Part shown: positions 7,868 through 17,480 of the stretch, piece by piece
Layout of the letters: each line of letters begins with the position of its first letter
Numbering within the stretch: position 1 is the first letter of the stretch
Source: an uncultured Verrucomicrobia subdivision 3 bacterium
GTDB taxonomy: Bacteria; Verrucomicrobiota; Verrucomicrobiia; Limisphaerales; UBA11358
Reading direction: 5' to 3'
NCBI GenBank assembly: GCA_903895255.1
Contig: CAITTG010000049.1
Coordinates: 30,080-94,079 of the forward strand
DNA: 64,000 bases
Translations under genes and position numbers: made by a program
Notes under the pieces: generated by a model
The model's database searches: none
Seen by the model: only the letters and a program-made list of their open reading frames with translations
Told to the model about the DNA's origin: nothing

Positions 7868-10351
7868 TCACCGCTGCAACCGATAAAAACTCATCGCCCC
7901 CGTGGTCAGCAGTGAAACCGAATAAACATTATTCGTCAGCACCGGTGCTGGCGCCACTGGGTTCCAGGTTCCAGTCGCTAAATTGGTAGTGGATTCCAGC
8001 GTGAACCCCACCGCCCACGACGGCCACGAAAACGCCAGACTGCCGGCGGCATGCGTCCAGTTCAATGCCACGGGCAGTGCCAGTTGATCGGGGCCAGCCT
8101 GCTCGTTGGCGGCAATCTCATTCGTAGTGAGGAGGCCGTCGTACAGCCGAAGTTCGTTGATGGAACCATTAAGGTAGGGGTCCGCGGCGAACAAGGAGCG
8201 GCCCACGAATGACCATGCGGTGCTGACCGTGTTGAATTTCGGCCACGCGCCCGTGAGCGATTGCTCCAGCACCCCGTTGGTATAAATCGCGGCGGAATTG
8301 TTGGTGGGATCCACCAGGCACACCACGTGTACCTTGCGGCCATCCAGGGTTCCGGGACTGTTCAGGATCGTGGTGCTGCTCGAACTCGACTCCATTTGCT
8401 GCTCCCCGAGGTTATTGTGCGGACTGAAAAAGAAATACTGAGTCCCGGTGGTGCCGGAAATATTGCCAAAATCCACCACCCGTGCCCAGTTGCCGTTCGC
8501 GCCGAACGTGGCCCAAAACTCCAGCGACACCGCCACCGAACCCGAGACCAGGCCGCCCGGAATTCCCATGTAAGTGCCAGTGGTCCCATCCAGACTGAGC
8601 GCGTTGTTGGTCACCACGGCATCTCCATACAGACTGCCATGCGCCATGCCGATGGCATCACGCGGGTTTCCCGTAAAGCTGTAACGGTGGGCCAGGGCGG
8701 GATGCGCGTAGGCCAGGGCCTGGATTTCCGTGGCGCTCAGCGCCCGGCCGAAAACCCGAAACGAACTGATTTCACCTCCGAAATAGGGATCCCCCGCAAA
8801 CTGGCTTTTGCCCAGATTGTTGTTATCCGCCAGCAACTGCCAGGGCCGGATGGTGAGGGCTGAATTGGTGGCGACCGGATACCCGTTCAAGTAGAGCAAA
8901 CCGGTCGTGCCATTGAGGCTGACGGCCACGTGGCACCAGGAATTCGAGGGCAGGGCAAACGGCGCATTAATCTGCTGCTCACCACCGTTGCCGTTGGTGG
9001 TGATGGCAAAGCGCAGGCCGCCCCCGTAGGCCGCGGGTGTGAGAAAGCAGTAGTTGGTGGTGCTCGCGCCCAAATCGAAGATGCGCTGCCAGGGGGCCCC
9101 GCCATTCCATTTCACCCAACCGGCGAAGGTGCTGGCGTTCGCGACCTCCAGCGGCATGGACAGGTAGTTGCTACTACCATCCAACCGCAGCACCCGGCCG
9201 CGGCCGGGCTCGTTGGTAAGCGTGGCGTTGCTTTTCAGGGTGCCATTGTAAAGGCCCAGGTGTTCATGGGCGTCCCGATTCAATGGGTAAAACGCGCTCC
9301 AATCATTGGTGACTTGGGGCCAGCCATCGGACGACCACGTAAGGTAATTCAGTCCCAAGGTGGCGACGCCATTGTTGAGCCCATCATAATAGTGGTAGGT
9401 AAACCAGTTGGTGCCCGCGTAGGTATAGATGCCCGCCTGACCCGGGCCGATGTAGCGGGCTGTGCTCTCGAGCACCATCGTGCCGCCGGCGTTGGTCAGG
9501 TTGATGCCATTCCGGTCAAAGTACGGGCCCTGGACCGTGGGGCTGCGGCCCACCCGGATATTATAGGTGCTGTCCACCCCCGCGCAGCAGCCGCCCCAAT
9601 TTTCAAAGAGGTAGTAATAACCGCCGTGCTGGTACAGGAAGGAAGCCTCCTCGGTGCTGCTAAAAAAATAAGGGCCATTGTTGGCCACCCGGTAAATCGG
9701 CGAGGTGGGCGAAAGGCGTTTGCCCGTCGTCGGATCCAATTGCATGATCAAAATCCCGTCCGAATAAGAGCCAAACGACATCCACACCGTGCCGTTGGTG
9801 TCCTGCAGTATGCTGGGATCAATGCAATTATATGCCGTCAGGTCGGTGGTGGCATTGGTGGCAAAATCCGGGTTCGACTGGATAATCTTGCCTTGATCCG
9901 TCCAGACCGGCGCGGTGAGTGAAGGCGAGGTGACCAGCCCGATGGCGGAATTAATGGTGCCCCATTCTGAGCAGCAATAATAGAGGTAGTATTTGCCATT
10001 CATGTAAACGACGTCGGGCGCCCAGAAGTAGCCGGTGAAACCGGGCACCGCATTGGTGGTCCACCCTGGCGGGCCGCCGGGAAACACCGGGCTGACGGCG
10101 GTCCAGTTGCGCAGGTCCGTGGAGGTCAGTCCGTCGATCCCCTGGCCATCGCCATAAACAAAAAAAGTGCTGCCCTGCTGGACGAGCGGGGAGGGGTCAT
10201 GAATGCCGGTGTTGCCCAGTACTGGTAGCTGGGCCTCGCTGGACCTTGGGATGAGCCACGCAAACGCCGCCAGCAAGAGAGTCACTGGCAAGGATCCCCG
10301 CCGCCAAGCGCAACCGGTTGGCCGCGATGATTTGCTCGTAAATAAGCTCAT
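7868..10351 (-). CDS. secreted GH43 (arabinanase-like) glycoside hydrolase with two LamG/ConA-like domains and a C-terminal FYRL module
   Basis: Signal peptide, then GH43 motifs (IHDPSPL, YFWAPDVVYMNGKYYLYY, DPSILQDTNGTVWMSFGSY). Two LamG-type blocks follow (LRLDGSSNYLSMP...WQRIFDLG; LSLDGTTGTYMGIP...WARVVDFG). It ends in ...ESTTNLATGTWNPV...MSFYRLQR. Confidence 0.88.
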   Translation of the reverse strand: MSLFTSKSSRPTGCAWRRGSLPVTLLLAAFAWLIPRSSEAQLPVLGNTGIHDPSPLVQQGSTFFVYGDGQGIDGLTSTDLRNWTAVSPVFPGGPPGWTTNAVPGFTGYFWAPDVVYMNGKYYLYYCCSEWGTINSAIGLVTSPSLTAPVWTDQGKIIQSNPDFATNATTDLTAYNCIDPSILQDTNGTVWMSFGSYSDGILIMQLDPTTGKRLSPTSPIYRVANNGPYFFSSTEEASFLYQHGGYYYLFENWGGCCAGVDSTYNIRVGRSPTVQGPYFDRNGINLTNAGGTMVLESTARYIGPGQAGIYTYAGTNWFTYHYYDGLNNGVATLGLNYLTWSSDGWPQVTNDWSAFYPLNRDAHEHLGLYNGTLKSNATLTNEPGRGRVLRLDGSSNYLSMPLEVANASTFAGWVKWNGGAPWQRIFDLGASTTNYCFLTPAAYGGGLRFAITTNGNGGEQQINAPFALPSNSWCHVAVSLNGTTGLLYLNGYPVATNSALTIRPWQLLADNNNLGKSQFAGDPYFGGEISSFRVFGRALSATEIQALAYAHPALAHRYSFTGNPRDAIGMAHGSLYGDAVVTNNALSLDGTTGTYMGIPGGLVSGSVAVSLEFWATFGANGNWARVVDFGNISGTTGTQYFFFSPHNNLGEQQMESSSSSTTILNSPGTLDGRKVHVVCLVDPTNNSAAIYTNGVLEQSLTGAWPKFNTVSTAWSFVGRSLFAADPYLNGSINELRLYDGLLTTNEIAANEQAGPDQLALPVALNWTHAAGSLAFSWPSWAVGFTLESTTNLATGTWNPVAPAPVLTNNVYSVSLLTTGAMSFYRLQR

Positions 10352-10524
10352 GATTTTCTGCCGCGATCAGGCGGGGAATATGGCGCTGGGCAAAACCTGA
10401 TGGTGCTTCGGACGCAATGGGCAAATCATACTAAACAATGCGCCAAATCGTTCCCGGTTCAAGTAATTTTTAGAGGACAACACTGATCTGGGCGATCGCA
10501 ACCATCCCCAACCACCGGCCGCCT

Positions 10525-10594
10525 CTCCCGGCGCGCGGGTCCGTGACCCGCAGCATGTCGCTTTGCTGACTGTCGTCAAAATTAACCTGCCACC
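10525..10594. repeat. REP-like element, copy B (palindrome core at 10535-10551)
   Basis: GCGGGTCCGTGACCCGC followed by AGCATGTCGCTTTGCTG...AAAATTAACCTGCCACC. A degenerate partial copy (GACCCGCAGCAC...TTAACCTGCCATCT) lies at about 10988-11030. Confidence 0.8.
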
Positions 10595-11087
10595 TCATCG
10601 AGCCCGGGAAATCCAGCCTCTCGCCACCAAACGCTTGGCCATTCCCTGAGCCTCACTGCCCGTCCGCTTTCCGCGCCCAGCCACCTTCAAGGTGCGGTGC
10701 CACCTAAAATTAAAGTGTTGCCCGGCCTCAACTCTGCGTTCTTTGCGACTCTGCGCGCGCCATTTTAGGTGCCTTGGCGGGGGCATCCGTCTCCGCCGGC
10801 CGCCCCTTAACGATCCGCGTGCTGCCAGCTTTCATGCGTTCCAAACCCAAGTTAAGCACCCGTCCCAACGGAAATTTTCGCGCCGAGTCGCGGCGGCCGC
10901 AGAGAAAATCAAACCTCATTTCAAACACTAAGTTAACCTGACGATTCCTTTTAATATTTAGGTTAATGCTTATGGGCCACAGACCCGCAGCACATTGCCT
11001 GGCTGATCAAGAACCTTCTTAACCTGCCATCTCACCCGGTCAAGGGTCACCGCCCAGCCTCATGCTTCCGCGGTTGGAAACTCGGCT

Positions 11088-12071
11088 TCATTCTGGTGGC
11101 CGCCGCAGTCGGTGAAAAACAAACTCCGCCGGCTTTTGGGCCTCCGGGTCCAGGGTCACCGTGAAATAACCGCCATCATCCAGCAACTCAATGCCCGCCA
11201 GCGCCGGGCAGAGCTTCACCCGGAACGGCCGCCACGCGCGGGATTGGCTTAAAGCCGAGGACATCTTTTTGACGGTATGGCCCATAAAGCTGATGGGCGG
11301 CACCCAGGCGAGCAGCCGGCTTTTCCACAGAATGAGATCCGAATGCAGATGCCCAATGATGGTGTGCTCGATTTGCGGCAGCCGCCGGCGCACCGACTCC
11401 TCCTCATGGAGAAAGGGCAGGGCGGTGGGGTCATGACAAAAAAGCAGCACTCGCTGTTGCGGTTGCAGCGCATCAAAAGCCGCGCGAATTTCCGCCAGGT
11501 GTTCCGCGCGCAACCGCTGCCATTCCGGCCATTCCCCGGGCTGCGTGTCCGACTGGCTGGCCGGCAGCGCCAGTAGCGGCGACGTCACCCCCATCAGCAC
11601 ATAATTGCCCAGCGTCACCTGCCAGAACCGTTTGAGTCCCAGTTGTTCGGTGCAGGCCTGCCAGCTCGCCAAATACATTCCACCCTGCCCGCTGAACATG
11701 GCCACCTTGCCCAGTTCATGATCGCCAAAAACAAAATGCGCCTTGTCCCCGTAACGCGCCGCGATTTTGGCCAGGCACTCCTGCGCGCTCGCCAGCGAGG
11801 CCGGATCGCTTAGTCCGATGAAAGCGGAATTCCCGGAGTGATCCCCGTCCACCACCACGGCATCCGCCGGTCCCGCCTCCGCCAGAAACCGGTCGAGGAA
11901 CGCCGCCCGTCCCATCGGGTAACGCATCCAGATATGACGGCGGTAGCGGCCCGCCAGCCAGCGCATGAATGGATGCTGGATCGCCTGCAGTTCATAATCA
12001 TTCCCCCGGGCGCGCTCCGCGGCTCCTGTATAATGAATATCGCTAAGAATGATCAGTTTCATGGGCTTCAT
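11088..12071 (-). CDS. metallophosphoesterase (calcineurin-like)
   Basis: MKLIILSDIHY, DGDH, GDHE and GHLH motifs in the canonical order. Confidence 0.8.
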   Translation of the reverse strand: MKPMKLIILSDIHYTGAAERARGNDYELQAIQHPFMRWLAGRYRRHIWMRYPMGRAAFLDRFLAEAGPADAVVVDGDHSGNSAFIGLSDPASLASAQECLAKIAARYGDKAHFVFGDHELGKVAMFSGQGGMYLASWQACTEQLGLKRFWQVTLGNYVLMGVTSPLLALPASQSDTQPGEWPEWQRLRAEHLAEIRAAFDALQPQQRVLLFCHDPTALPFLHEEESVRRRLPQIEHTIIGHLHSDLILWKSRLLAWVPPISFMGHTVKKMSSALSQSRAWRPFRVKLCPALAGIELLDDGGYFTVTLDPEAQKPAEFVFHRLRRPPE

Positions 12072-12080
12072 GGGTGCGAC

Positions 12081-12719
12081 TCAGTTGAGCGCCGCCGCGC
12101 GGCCCCGGGGCAGCCGGCCCAGGTTGAAAATGATGAACCCGTGCAAAAACTGGCCCAGTTCCGCCGTCTGCGCCGGCGTGAGTTTGAGTCGCTGGCCGGT
12201 GGCCCAGTCGCCCTCGGTCAGCACGGCGGCCGCCTTTTGGGTGCCCGGCAGCAGCCGCGTCTCCTCCCAGTCGGGCTGCAAGCCGGTCTCCGCCAGGATT
12301 TTCAATTCAAACGCCAGGATCAATTGCGCCGTGGGTTCCACTGCGCACAGGCAGTCGAGCAGCCCGCGCAGCAGCTCATAAATTTCCGGCAGGGGCGTCT
12401 CCGTTTCGGTGGCGTCCTCCACCAGCGCCGTGGCGTACGCGGCCTGTTGCAACCGCCGCAGATCCTGGCGGATCGCCGCCCGGGTCTCCCGCAAATTAAT
12501 CTCCCGCAGCGTGTGCAACTCCGACCGCCGGCTCCGCGCAAAGGAAAAATCCGCCTGGTAAAACAAATCCAGCTTGCCTTGAAACGGCGATTTGTGCCGC
12601 CGCGCCCCCTTCGCCACCGTCGCCAGCCGACCCCATTCCGGCGTCAGCCAATGGACGATCAAACTCGTCTCCGTCAGGGGCCGGGTGCGCAGAATCAAAC
12701 CGCTGCCGCTCTCAATCAT
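12081..12719 (-). CDS. recO: DNA repair protein RecO
   Basis: GLILRTRPLTETSLIVHWLTPEWGRLATVAKGARR... is the RecO OB-fold N-terminus. ATG 12719 overlaps the upstream stop (ATGATTGA). The track start at 12758 is probably too long. Confidence 0.85.
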   Translation of the reverse strand: MIESGSGLILRTRPLTETSLIVHWLTPEWGRLATVAKGARRHKSPFQGKLDLFYQADFSFARSRRSELHTLREINLRETRAAIRQDLRRLQQAAYATALVEDATETETPLPEIYELLRGLLDCLCAVEPTAQLILAFELKILAETGLQPDWEETRLLPGTQKAAAVLTEGDWATGQRLKLTPAQTAELGQFLHGFIIFNLGRLPRGRAAALN

Positions 12720-13365
12720 GTGGTTTCGCATCCGGGGCGATCGCCCCCAGGCTGACAATGTATTTCACCCCGTCCGCCACCGACATGTCCAGCCGCGTGA
12801 CCTGGTCCGCCGGCACCAGCACCATGAAGCCCGAGGTCGGGTTCGGTGTCGTGGGAATGAACACGCAAACCAGCTCTTCCTCCGTTTTAAAAGCCTTGCC
12901 GTGCTGCGCCTCGCTCGTGAGAAACCCTATGGAATACATGCCCGCCCGCGGAAACTCCACGCGCACCACCGTCTTGAAAGAATTTTTGCTGCCTGAGGAA
13001 AACGCCTCGTTCACCTGCTTGATCGCCCCGTAAACTTTGTTGAACAACGGAATGGCCAGCATCAGGGCTTCCGACCACTCGATGAGCTTGCGTCCAAAAT
13101 AATTCCGGGCCAGCCGCCCCAGCGCACTCGTGAGCACCACCGCCAGCGCCAGGGCCACGAGGCTCCAATACCACAGCACGTCGCCCTTGCCCCCGTCCTG
13201 ATGGGTGATGTCCTTGGGCAGAAAAAACAGCAGCAGGTCGGTCACGCTCGAGACCGTGCCAAACACCCATTTGATCACGGCAAACGAAATCACCGCCGGC
13301 AGGACGATGAAAAACCCGGTCAGGAAATTGCCCCGCCAGCGCGCGGGCAGACTTTTTTTTGTCAT
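12712..13365 (-). CDS. DUF502 family membrane protein
   Basis: N-terminus GNFLTGFFIVLPAVISFAVIKWVF, 2-3 TM helices, and the ...FIPTTPNPTSGF motif characteristic of DUF502. Confidence 0.8.
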   Translation of the reverse strand: MTKKSLPARWRGNFLTGFFIVLPAVISFAVIKWVFGTVSSVTDLLLFFLPKDITHQDGGKGDVLWYWSLVALALAVVLTSALGRLARNYFGRKLIEWSEALMLAIPLFNKVYGAIKQVNEAFSSGSKNSFKTVVRVEFPRAGMYSIGFLTSEAQHGKAFKTEEELVCVFIPTTPNPTSGFMVLVPADQVTRLDMSVADGVKYIVSLGAIAPDAKPHD

Positions 13366-13384
13366 ATGCCAGTTTAGAACCCCC

Positions 13385-13831
13385 TCACAGCTTGCTCAAG
13401 GCAAAGCGGCGGCTAATCGTCCGCACCCAGCGCCCCTCCACCTGCTTCATTTTGCGGCGCGGCCCGGGCGTCAAATCGTCATGGCCGAGCAAATGCAGCA
13501 GCCCGTGGATCACATACCGCACCAGCTCCGACCGCCACTCCGTCCCAAATTCCCGGGCCTGCGCCACCGCCACCGCCGGGCAAATAAATAATTCCCCTTG
13601 CAACGGTGCGTCCGCGCCCGCCTCCCGATAGTCAAAGGTGATGACATCCGTCGGCCCCTCATGCTGCAAAAACCTCTGGTTCACCTTCGCCATCTGCGCC
13701 GGGCTCACCAGGTTGATTTCCAGGCTGGCCGCCGGTCCCGCCAGTTCCGCCAGCAGCACCGTGGTGATTTCCCGCAGCACACGGATCTTGATCTTGTGGG
13801 TGCGCTGCCGGTTGGCAATGGTCAGGTTCAT
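13385..13831 (-). CDS. ybeY: rRNA maturation endoribonuclease YbeY
   Basis: 148 aa with the zinc motif HGLLHLLGHDD. It sits directly downstream of a PhoH-like gene, a conserved pairing. Confidence 0.92.
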   Translation of the reverse strand: MNLTIANRQRTHKIKIRVLREITTVLLAELAGPAASLEINLVSPAQMAKVNQRFLQHEGPTDVITFDYREAGADAPLQGELFICPAVAVAQAREFGTEWRSELVRYVIHGLLHLLGHDDLTPGPRRKMKQVEGRWVRTISRRFALSKL

Positions 13832-13841
13832 GCCTCAGGCC

Positions 13842-14804
13842 TCAGGCCTTTTGCAGGCCGCGATGATCCTCGTACGCCTGGATGATGCGTTGCACCAGCG
13901 GATGCCGGACGACGTCGCGCTTCGAAAATTCCACAATCGCGATGCCCTCCGTGTTCCGCAACGCGCGGTGCGCCTCCACCAGTCCGGAATTTTTGTGCGC
14001 GGGCAGATCCACCTGGGTTTCGTCGCCCGTGATGACCGCTTTGGAACCATGGCCCAACCGGGTGAGAAACATCAGCATCTGCTCCGTCGTCGAATTCTGC
14101 GCCTCGTCCAGAATGATGAACGCCCCGTTCAACGTGCGCCCGCGCATGTACGCCAGCGGGGCGATCTCAATCGACCCGCGCTCCGTGTGTTTCTGCAATT
14201 CCTCCGCCGGCAGCATGTCATGCAGCGCGTCGTGCAACGGCCGCAGGTACGGCGTGATCTTTTCGTACAAGTCCCCCGGCAAAAATCCCAGCGCCTCGCC
14301 CGCCTCCACCGCCGGCCGCGTCAGGATGATCCGCGACACCGTGCCCTCGCGCATCGCCGAGAGCGCCAGCGCCACCGCCAGATAGGTCTTGCCCGTCCCC
14401 GCCGGCCCAATGCCAAACGTGATGTCGTGCTTGCGAATGGCCTCCACGTATTTTTTCTGCCCCACCGTCTTGGCCACCACCCCGGGTTTGCGGTCATGGG
14501 TTTGCACCCGGTCGCTCACCAGGCTTTTCAACGCCTCGCCGCCCTCGTGCTTCACCACACTGAGGGCGTGCGTGAACTCGCGGTTCTTCACCGGCGACCC
14601 GCTCTTCAACAAACTCTCCAGCGAGGCAAACAACTGCTTGGCCCGCTCCACGCCTTCCGCCGTGCCGTCCAGTTTGATCCACCCCTCGCGCGCGGTGGCC
14701 TTCACGCCCAGCTCGGCCTCGAGCGATTGCAAATTGCGCGACTCATGGTTGAAGAGTTGCTGCGCAAAGCGCGCGTTTTCGTAATGGAGCGTGAGGGTGG
14801 GCAT
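13842..14804 (-). CDS. phoH: PhoH-like ATPase (YbeZ)
   Basis: Walker A GPAGTGKTYLAV and Walker B IILDEAQN, 320 aa, adjacent to ybeY. Confidence 0.92.
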   Translation of the reverse strand: MPTLTLHYENARFAQQLFNHESRNLQSLEAELGVKATAREGWIKLDGTAEGVERAKQLFASLESLLKSGSPVKNREFTHALSVVKHEGGEALKSLVSDRVQTHDRKPGVVAKTVGQKKYVEAIRKHDITFGIGPAGTGKTYLAVALALSAMREGTVSRIILTRPAVEAGEALGFLPGDLYEKITPYLRPLHDALHDMLPAEELQKHTERGSIEIAPLAYMRGRTLNGAFIILDEAQNSTTEQMLMFLTRLGHGSKAVITGDETQVDLPAHKNSGLVEAHRALRNTEGIAIVEFSKRDVVRHPLVQRIIQAYEDHRGLQKA

Positions 14805-14836
14805 GGGGTCAATGGGCTGGGGGTTTCACGATCCGG

Positions 14837-16171
14837 TCACAATCCCAGTTTCCTAAACCGGCTGTTCACCTGTTTGAAATGGAAATCCAGCGAGCACAGT
14901 TTTTCCAGCTCGCCCGTTTTGAAATGTTTCGCCACTTCCGGGTCCGCCTTGAGAACCTGGAGGAAATCCGCGTCGTCGCGACCGGCGTGCTTGACCTCCC
15001 ACGTCTTCATCGCGGCGGTTTGCACCAGCGCGTACGCCGCCTCGCGGGTCAGCCCCTTGCGAATCAACGCCAGCAACACCGTCTGGCTGTTCCACATCCC
15101 GAGCGAAAGGCCCAGGTTGCGCTTCATGTTTTCCGGATACACTTTCAAGCCGTCCATCATCCGCGTGAGCAGGCCAAACATGTAATCCAGCAAGGTGCAG
15201 GAATCGGGAAAGATAATCCGCTCCACGCTGCTGTGACTGATGTCCCGCTCATGCCAGAGCGCGACGTTCTCCAGCGAAGCCACGGCGTTGCCGCGCAGGA
15301 CACGGGCCAGGCCCGTCAGCCGCTCCCACGTGATCGGATTGCGCTTGTGCGGCATCGCGCTGCTGCCTTTTTGACCAACGGTAAATGGCTCCTCCGCCTC
15401 CAGCACCTCGGTGCGCTGCAAATGCCGGAACTCCACCGCCCAGCGTTCGATGCTCGCGCCGACCAGGGCCAGCACCAATTGAAATTCCGCGTGAATATCC
15501 CGCTGCACCACCTGCGTGGCAATCGGCGCGGCCTGGATGCCCAGCTTTTTACACACGTACGTTTCCACACGCGGCGACAAATGCGCGCTCGTGCCCACGG
15601 CCCCGGAAATTTTGCCGACGGCCACGATGTCGCGAATGCGCGTCAACCGCTCCAGCGCGCGGCCAAATTCATCATACATCAGCGCCAGCTTCAGCCCGAA
15701 CGTTGTCGGCTCGGCCTGGATGCCGTGGCTGCGGCCGATGCACGGGGTGAACTTGTGCTCTTTGGCCCGCCTGGCGATGGCGACGCGCGCCGTCTTTACA
15801 TCCGCGATCAGCAAATCCGCGCTCTGCATCATTTGCACCGCGTAACAGGTGTCGCCCACGTCACTGCTCGTCAGGCCGAAATGGAACCAGCGGCTCGCCT
15901 GGTCATTGATCTTTTCCGCCACGGCCGTGGTGAAGCCGATCACATCATGATTCAGCACTTTTTCCAATTCCCGCTGGCGGGCGACCAAACCGGGCAGGTC
16001 CGCCATCCACGCCTCGCAACCGGCTTTGATTTTGGCAAAGTCCCGGGCGGGCACCACGCCCTCCTTCACGAGCGCCTCGCTGGCGAGCAGTTCAATCTGC
16101 AGCCAGATGCGCAATTTATTTTCGTCCGTCCAAATGGCCCGCATTTCGGGGCGCGAATAACGCTGAATCAT
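14837..16171 (-). CDS. purB: adenylosuccinate lyase
   Basis: [19 protein letters not shown]..., the fumarate-lyase signature [11 protein letters not shown], and the C-terminal ADSL domain. ATG 16171 is preferred over the 40-codon-longer track start. Confidence 0.93.
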   Translation of the reverse strand: MIQRYSRPEMRAIWTDENKLRIWLQIELLASEALVKEGVVPARDFAKIKAGCEAWMADLPGLVARQRELEKVLNHDVIGFTTAVAEKINDQASRWFHFGLTSSDVGDTCYAVQMMQSADLLIADVKTARVAIARRAKEHKFTPCIGRSHGIQAEPTTFGLKLALMYDEFGRALERLTRIRDIVAVGKISGAVGTSAHLSPRVETYVCKKLGIQAAPIATQVVQRDIHAEFQLVLALVGASIERWAVEFRHLQRTEVLEAEEPFTVGQKGSSAMPHKRNPITWERLTGLARVLRGNAVASLENVALWHERDISHSSVERIIFPDSCTLLDYMFGLLTRMMDGLKVYPENMKRNLGLSLGMWNSQTVLLALIRKGLTREAAYALVQTAAMKTWEVKHAGRDDADFLQVLKADPEVAKHFKTGELEKLCSLDFHFKQVNSRFRKLGL

Positions 16172-16476
16172 AGGCGCGAGCTTAGAATTTAAACCGCCGG
16201 TCGTCGAGCAGGTTCGGTTTGGGGAAACCCGCCCGAAGCGGTGGCCGGGGGCTGCGAAAGTGCGCGAATCTTGAAGATGTGGGGAAATCACGGGGTTAAA
16301 AGGTTAAGGCGTTATTTGGTTAAATTGTTAAATATCAGAATGCCAGCGAGTTGTGCGTGGTGGCGGTTCCGCCGGGCCGGACGCGGGGTGGCGGGCAGGG
16401 CTTTACCTGCCGTTCCGCCGGGCGAACGGCCGCAATTTGAAGGTGTTGCCACGTTCATCGCGTAAAATTTAGCAGG

Positions 16477-16505
16477 GGACCCTGGACATCCGCTGTCCAG
16501 GGTCC
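16477..16505. terminator. perfect 12-bp stem hairpin flanked by an A/T run (terminator or insulator-like)
   Basis: GGACCCTGGACA-TCCGC-TGTCCAGGGTCC followed by AAAATTTTTAAAATAATTTT. It lies between the divergent purB and hicB. Confidence 0.4.
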
Positions 16506-16598
16506 AAAATTTTTAAAATAATTTTGGGGGAATAAAATGGCGGCGCAAAGGCCAGCGGACGCCTCGACAAACCGGCACGAATAGGGTAACTTCCCACC

Positions 16599-16805
16599 GT
16601 GAACATTCCATTGAGCGCTGAAATTCATAAAGAGGGCGAGTGGTTCGTGGCGTTCTGTCCGGAAATGCCCGAGGCCAATGGCCAGGGACGCACCCAGGAG
16701 GAATGCCTGGAAAATCTCAAGCAGGCGATCCTGCTGCTTCTGGAGGACCGCCGGGCGGATGCCCGCGAAAAGAACGACCAGGGGGTGGTACTCGAACTTA
16801 CGTGA
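16599..16805 (+). CDS. hicB: HicB-family antitoxin (UPF0150-type, no DNA-binding extension)
   Basis: 68 aa. ...EGEWFVAFCPEMPEANGQGRTQEECLENLKQAILLLLE matches the HicB N-domain pattern (dG.y.A.cPelPG....G.T.eEAl.n.keAi.l.le). GTG start. Confidence 0.75.
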   Translation: MNIPLSAEIHKEGEWFVAFCPEMPEANGQGRTQEECLENLKQAILLLLEDRRADAREKNDQGVVLELT

Positions 16806-16855
16806 GGTGCCGATTGTTGATTCAGCATCTGCCATTTTTGGCGGCCCATGAATAG
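16802..16855 (+). pseudogene. possible truncated hicA toxin remnant (17 codons)
   Basis: The GTG overlaps the hicB stop (GTGA coupling). VRCRLLIQHLPFLAAHE* resembles the HicA N-terminus (K.R.LI..LE..G) but terminates early. Confidence 0.3.
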
Positions 16856-16999
16856 TAAAACTCAAGATCGCGGGCCAAGTTTGCCAACTAACTAAACCAA
16901 ACCCAATTTAAATAAAAACAGGTAACTGTGCGGAGCCGAACCCTTTATGGCATGATCGCATGCTCTTCAATTAATCTTTGCTGAAAAGTAACATGAAAA

Positions 17000-17473
17000 T
17001 CACCTTTGCCCCATAATCGCACCCGCAAGGTTTGAATAGCCAGAATGTACACTTTCATTTGAACAATCAGCAATTAAATCATCCAGATCCCGCTCAGTAA
17101 ATTTGGCCAGAATCGTTAACACTTTTGGTAAGGCCTTCATACGTGTCTTTGGTGGTGTTCCCGCCTGGTTATCCCTGAAGAACTTCGCTACAAGTCGGAG
17201 TTCGCCAAGAAAGCGTTTGTTCACGAATTCTCTTGCCAAAGTTGCCATGCGTTCGCGCTTTGACGGAGTCAACTCCATTTTGGCTAAAAGCTGCTCGGGA
17301 GTTGGGATGCTTTTGAGTGACTTTGAAACTTTAATTTGTGCGGCAGCTTCCAACTGACTTATGATGCTTGATTCAGAAACCTCATTTATGTGGGCAAGAC
17401 TTTGCAATACCCGTGTCCGACCATGCTCCAACACGAGAAGTTTAAGATGTAAATCTAATAAATCTTTTGACAT
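17000..17473 (-). CDS. hypothetical all-helical protein, partner of the ParA-like ATPase
   Basis: AT-richer ORF starting 7 nt after the ParA-like stop, with GGAG 12 nt upstream of ATG 17473. No motif recognised. Confidence 0.55.
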   Translation of the reverse strand: MSKDLLDLHLKLLVLEHGRTRVLQSLAHINEVSESSIISQLEAAAQIKVSKSLKSIPTPEQLLAKMELTPSKRERMATLAREFVNKRFLGELRLVAKFFRDNQAGTPPKTRMKALPKVLTILAKFTERDLDDLIADCSNESVHSGYSNLAGAIMGQR

Positions 17474-17480
17474 GGTAAAG

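Noticed and set aside
7871-8020. Is the shared C-terminal module a T9SS (Por) C-terminal domain?
   Set aside because: It has only a superficial resemblance (a G/x-Y-F-L/V-R/K-like last strand). No T9SS components were seen, and T9SS is not established in this lineage. I left it as an unassigned module.
10578-10594. Sigma-54-like promoter on the minus strand of the REP tail (TGGCAGG-N4-TTTTG) pointing at GH43
   Set aside because: The -12 GC dinucleotide is missing, and the same sequence occurs in copy A, where it would point antisense into the RND pump. It is more likely just part of the repeat.
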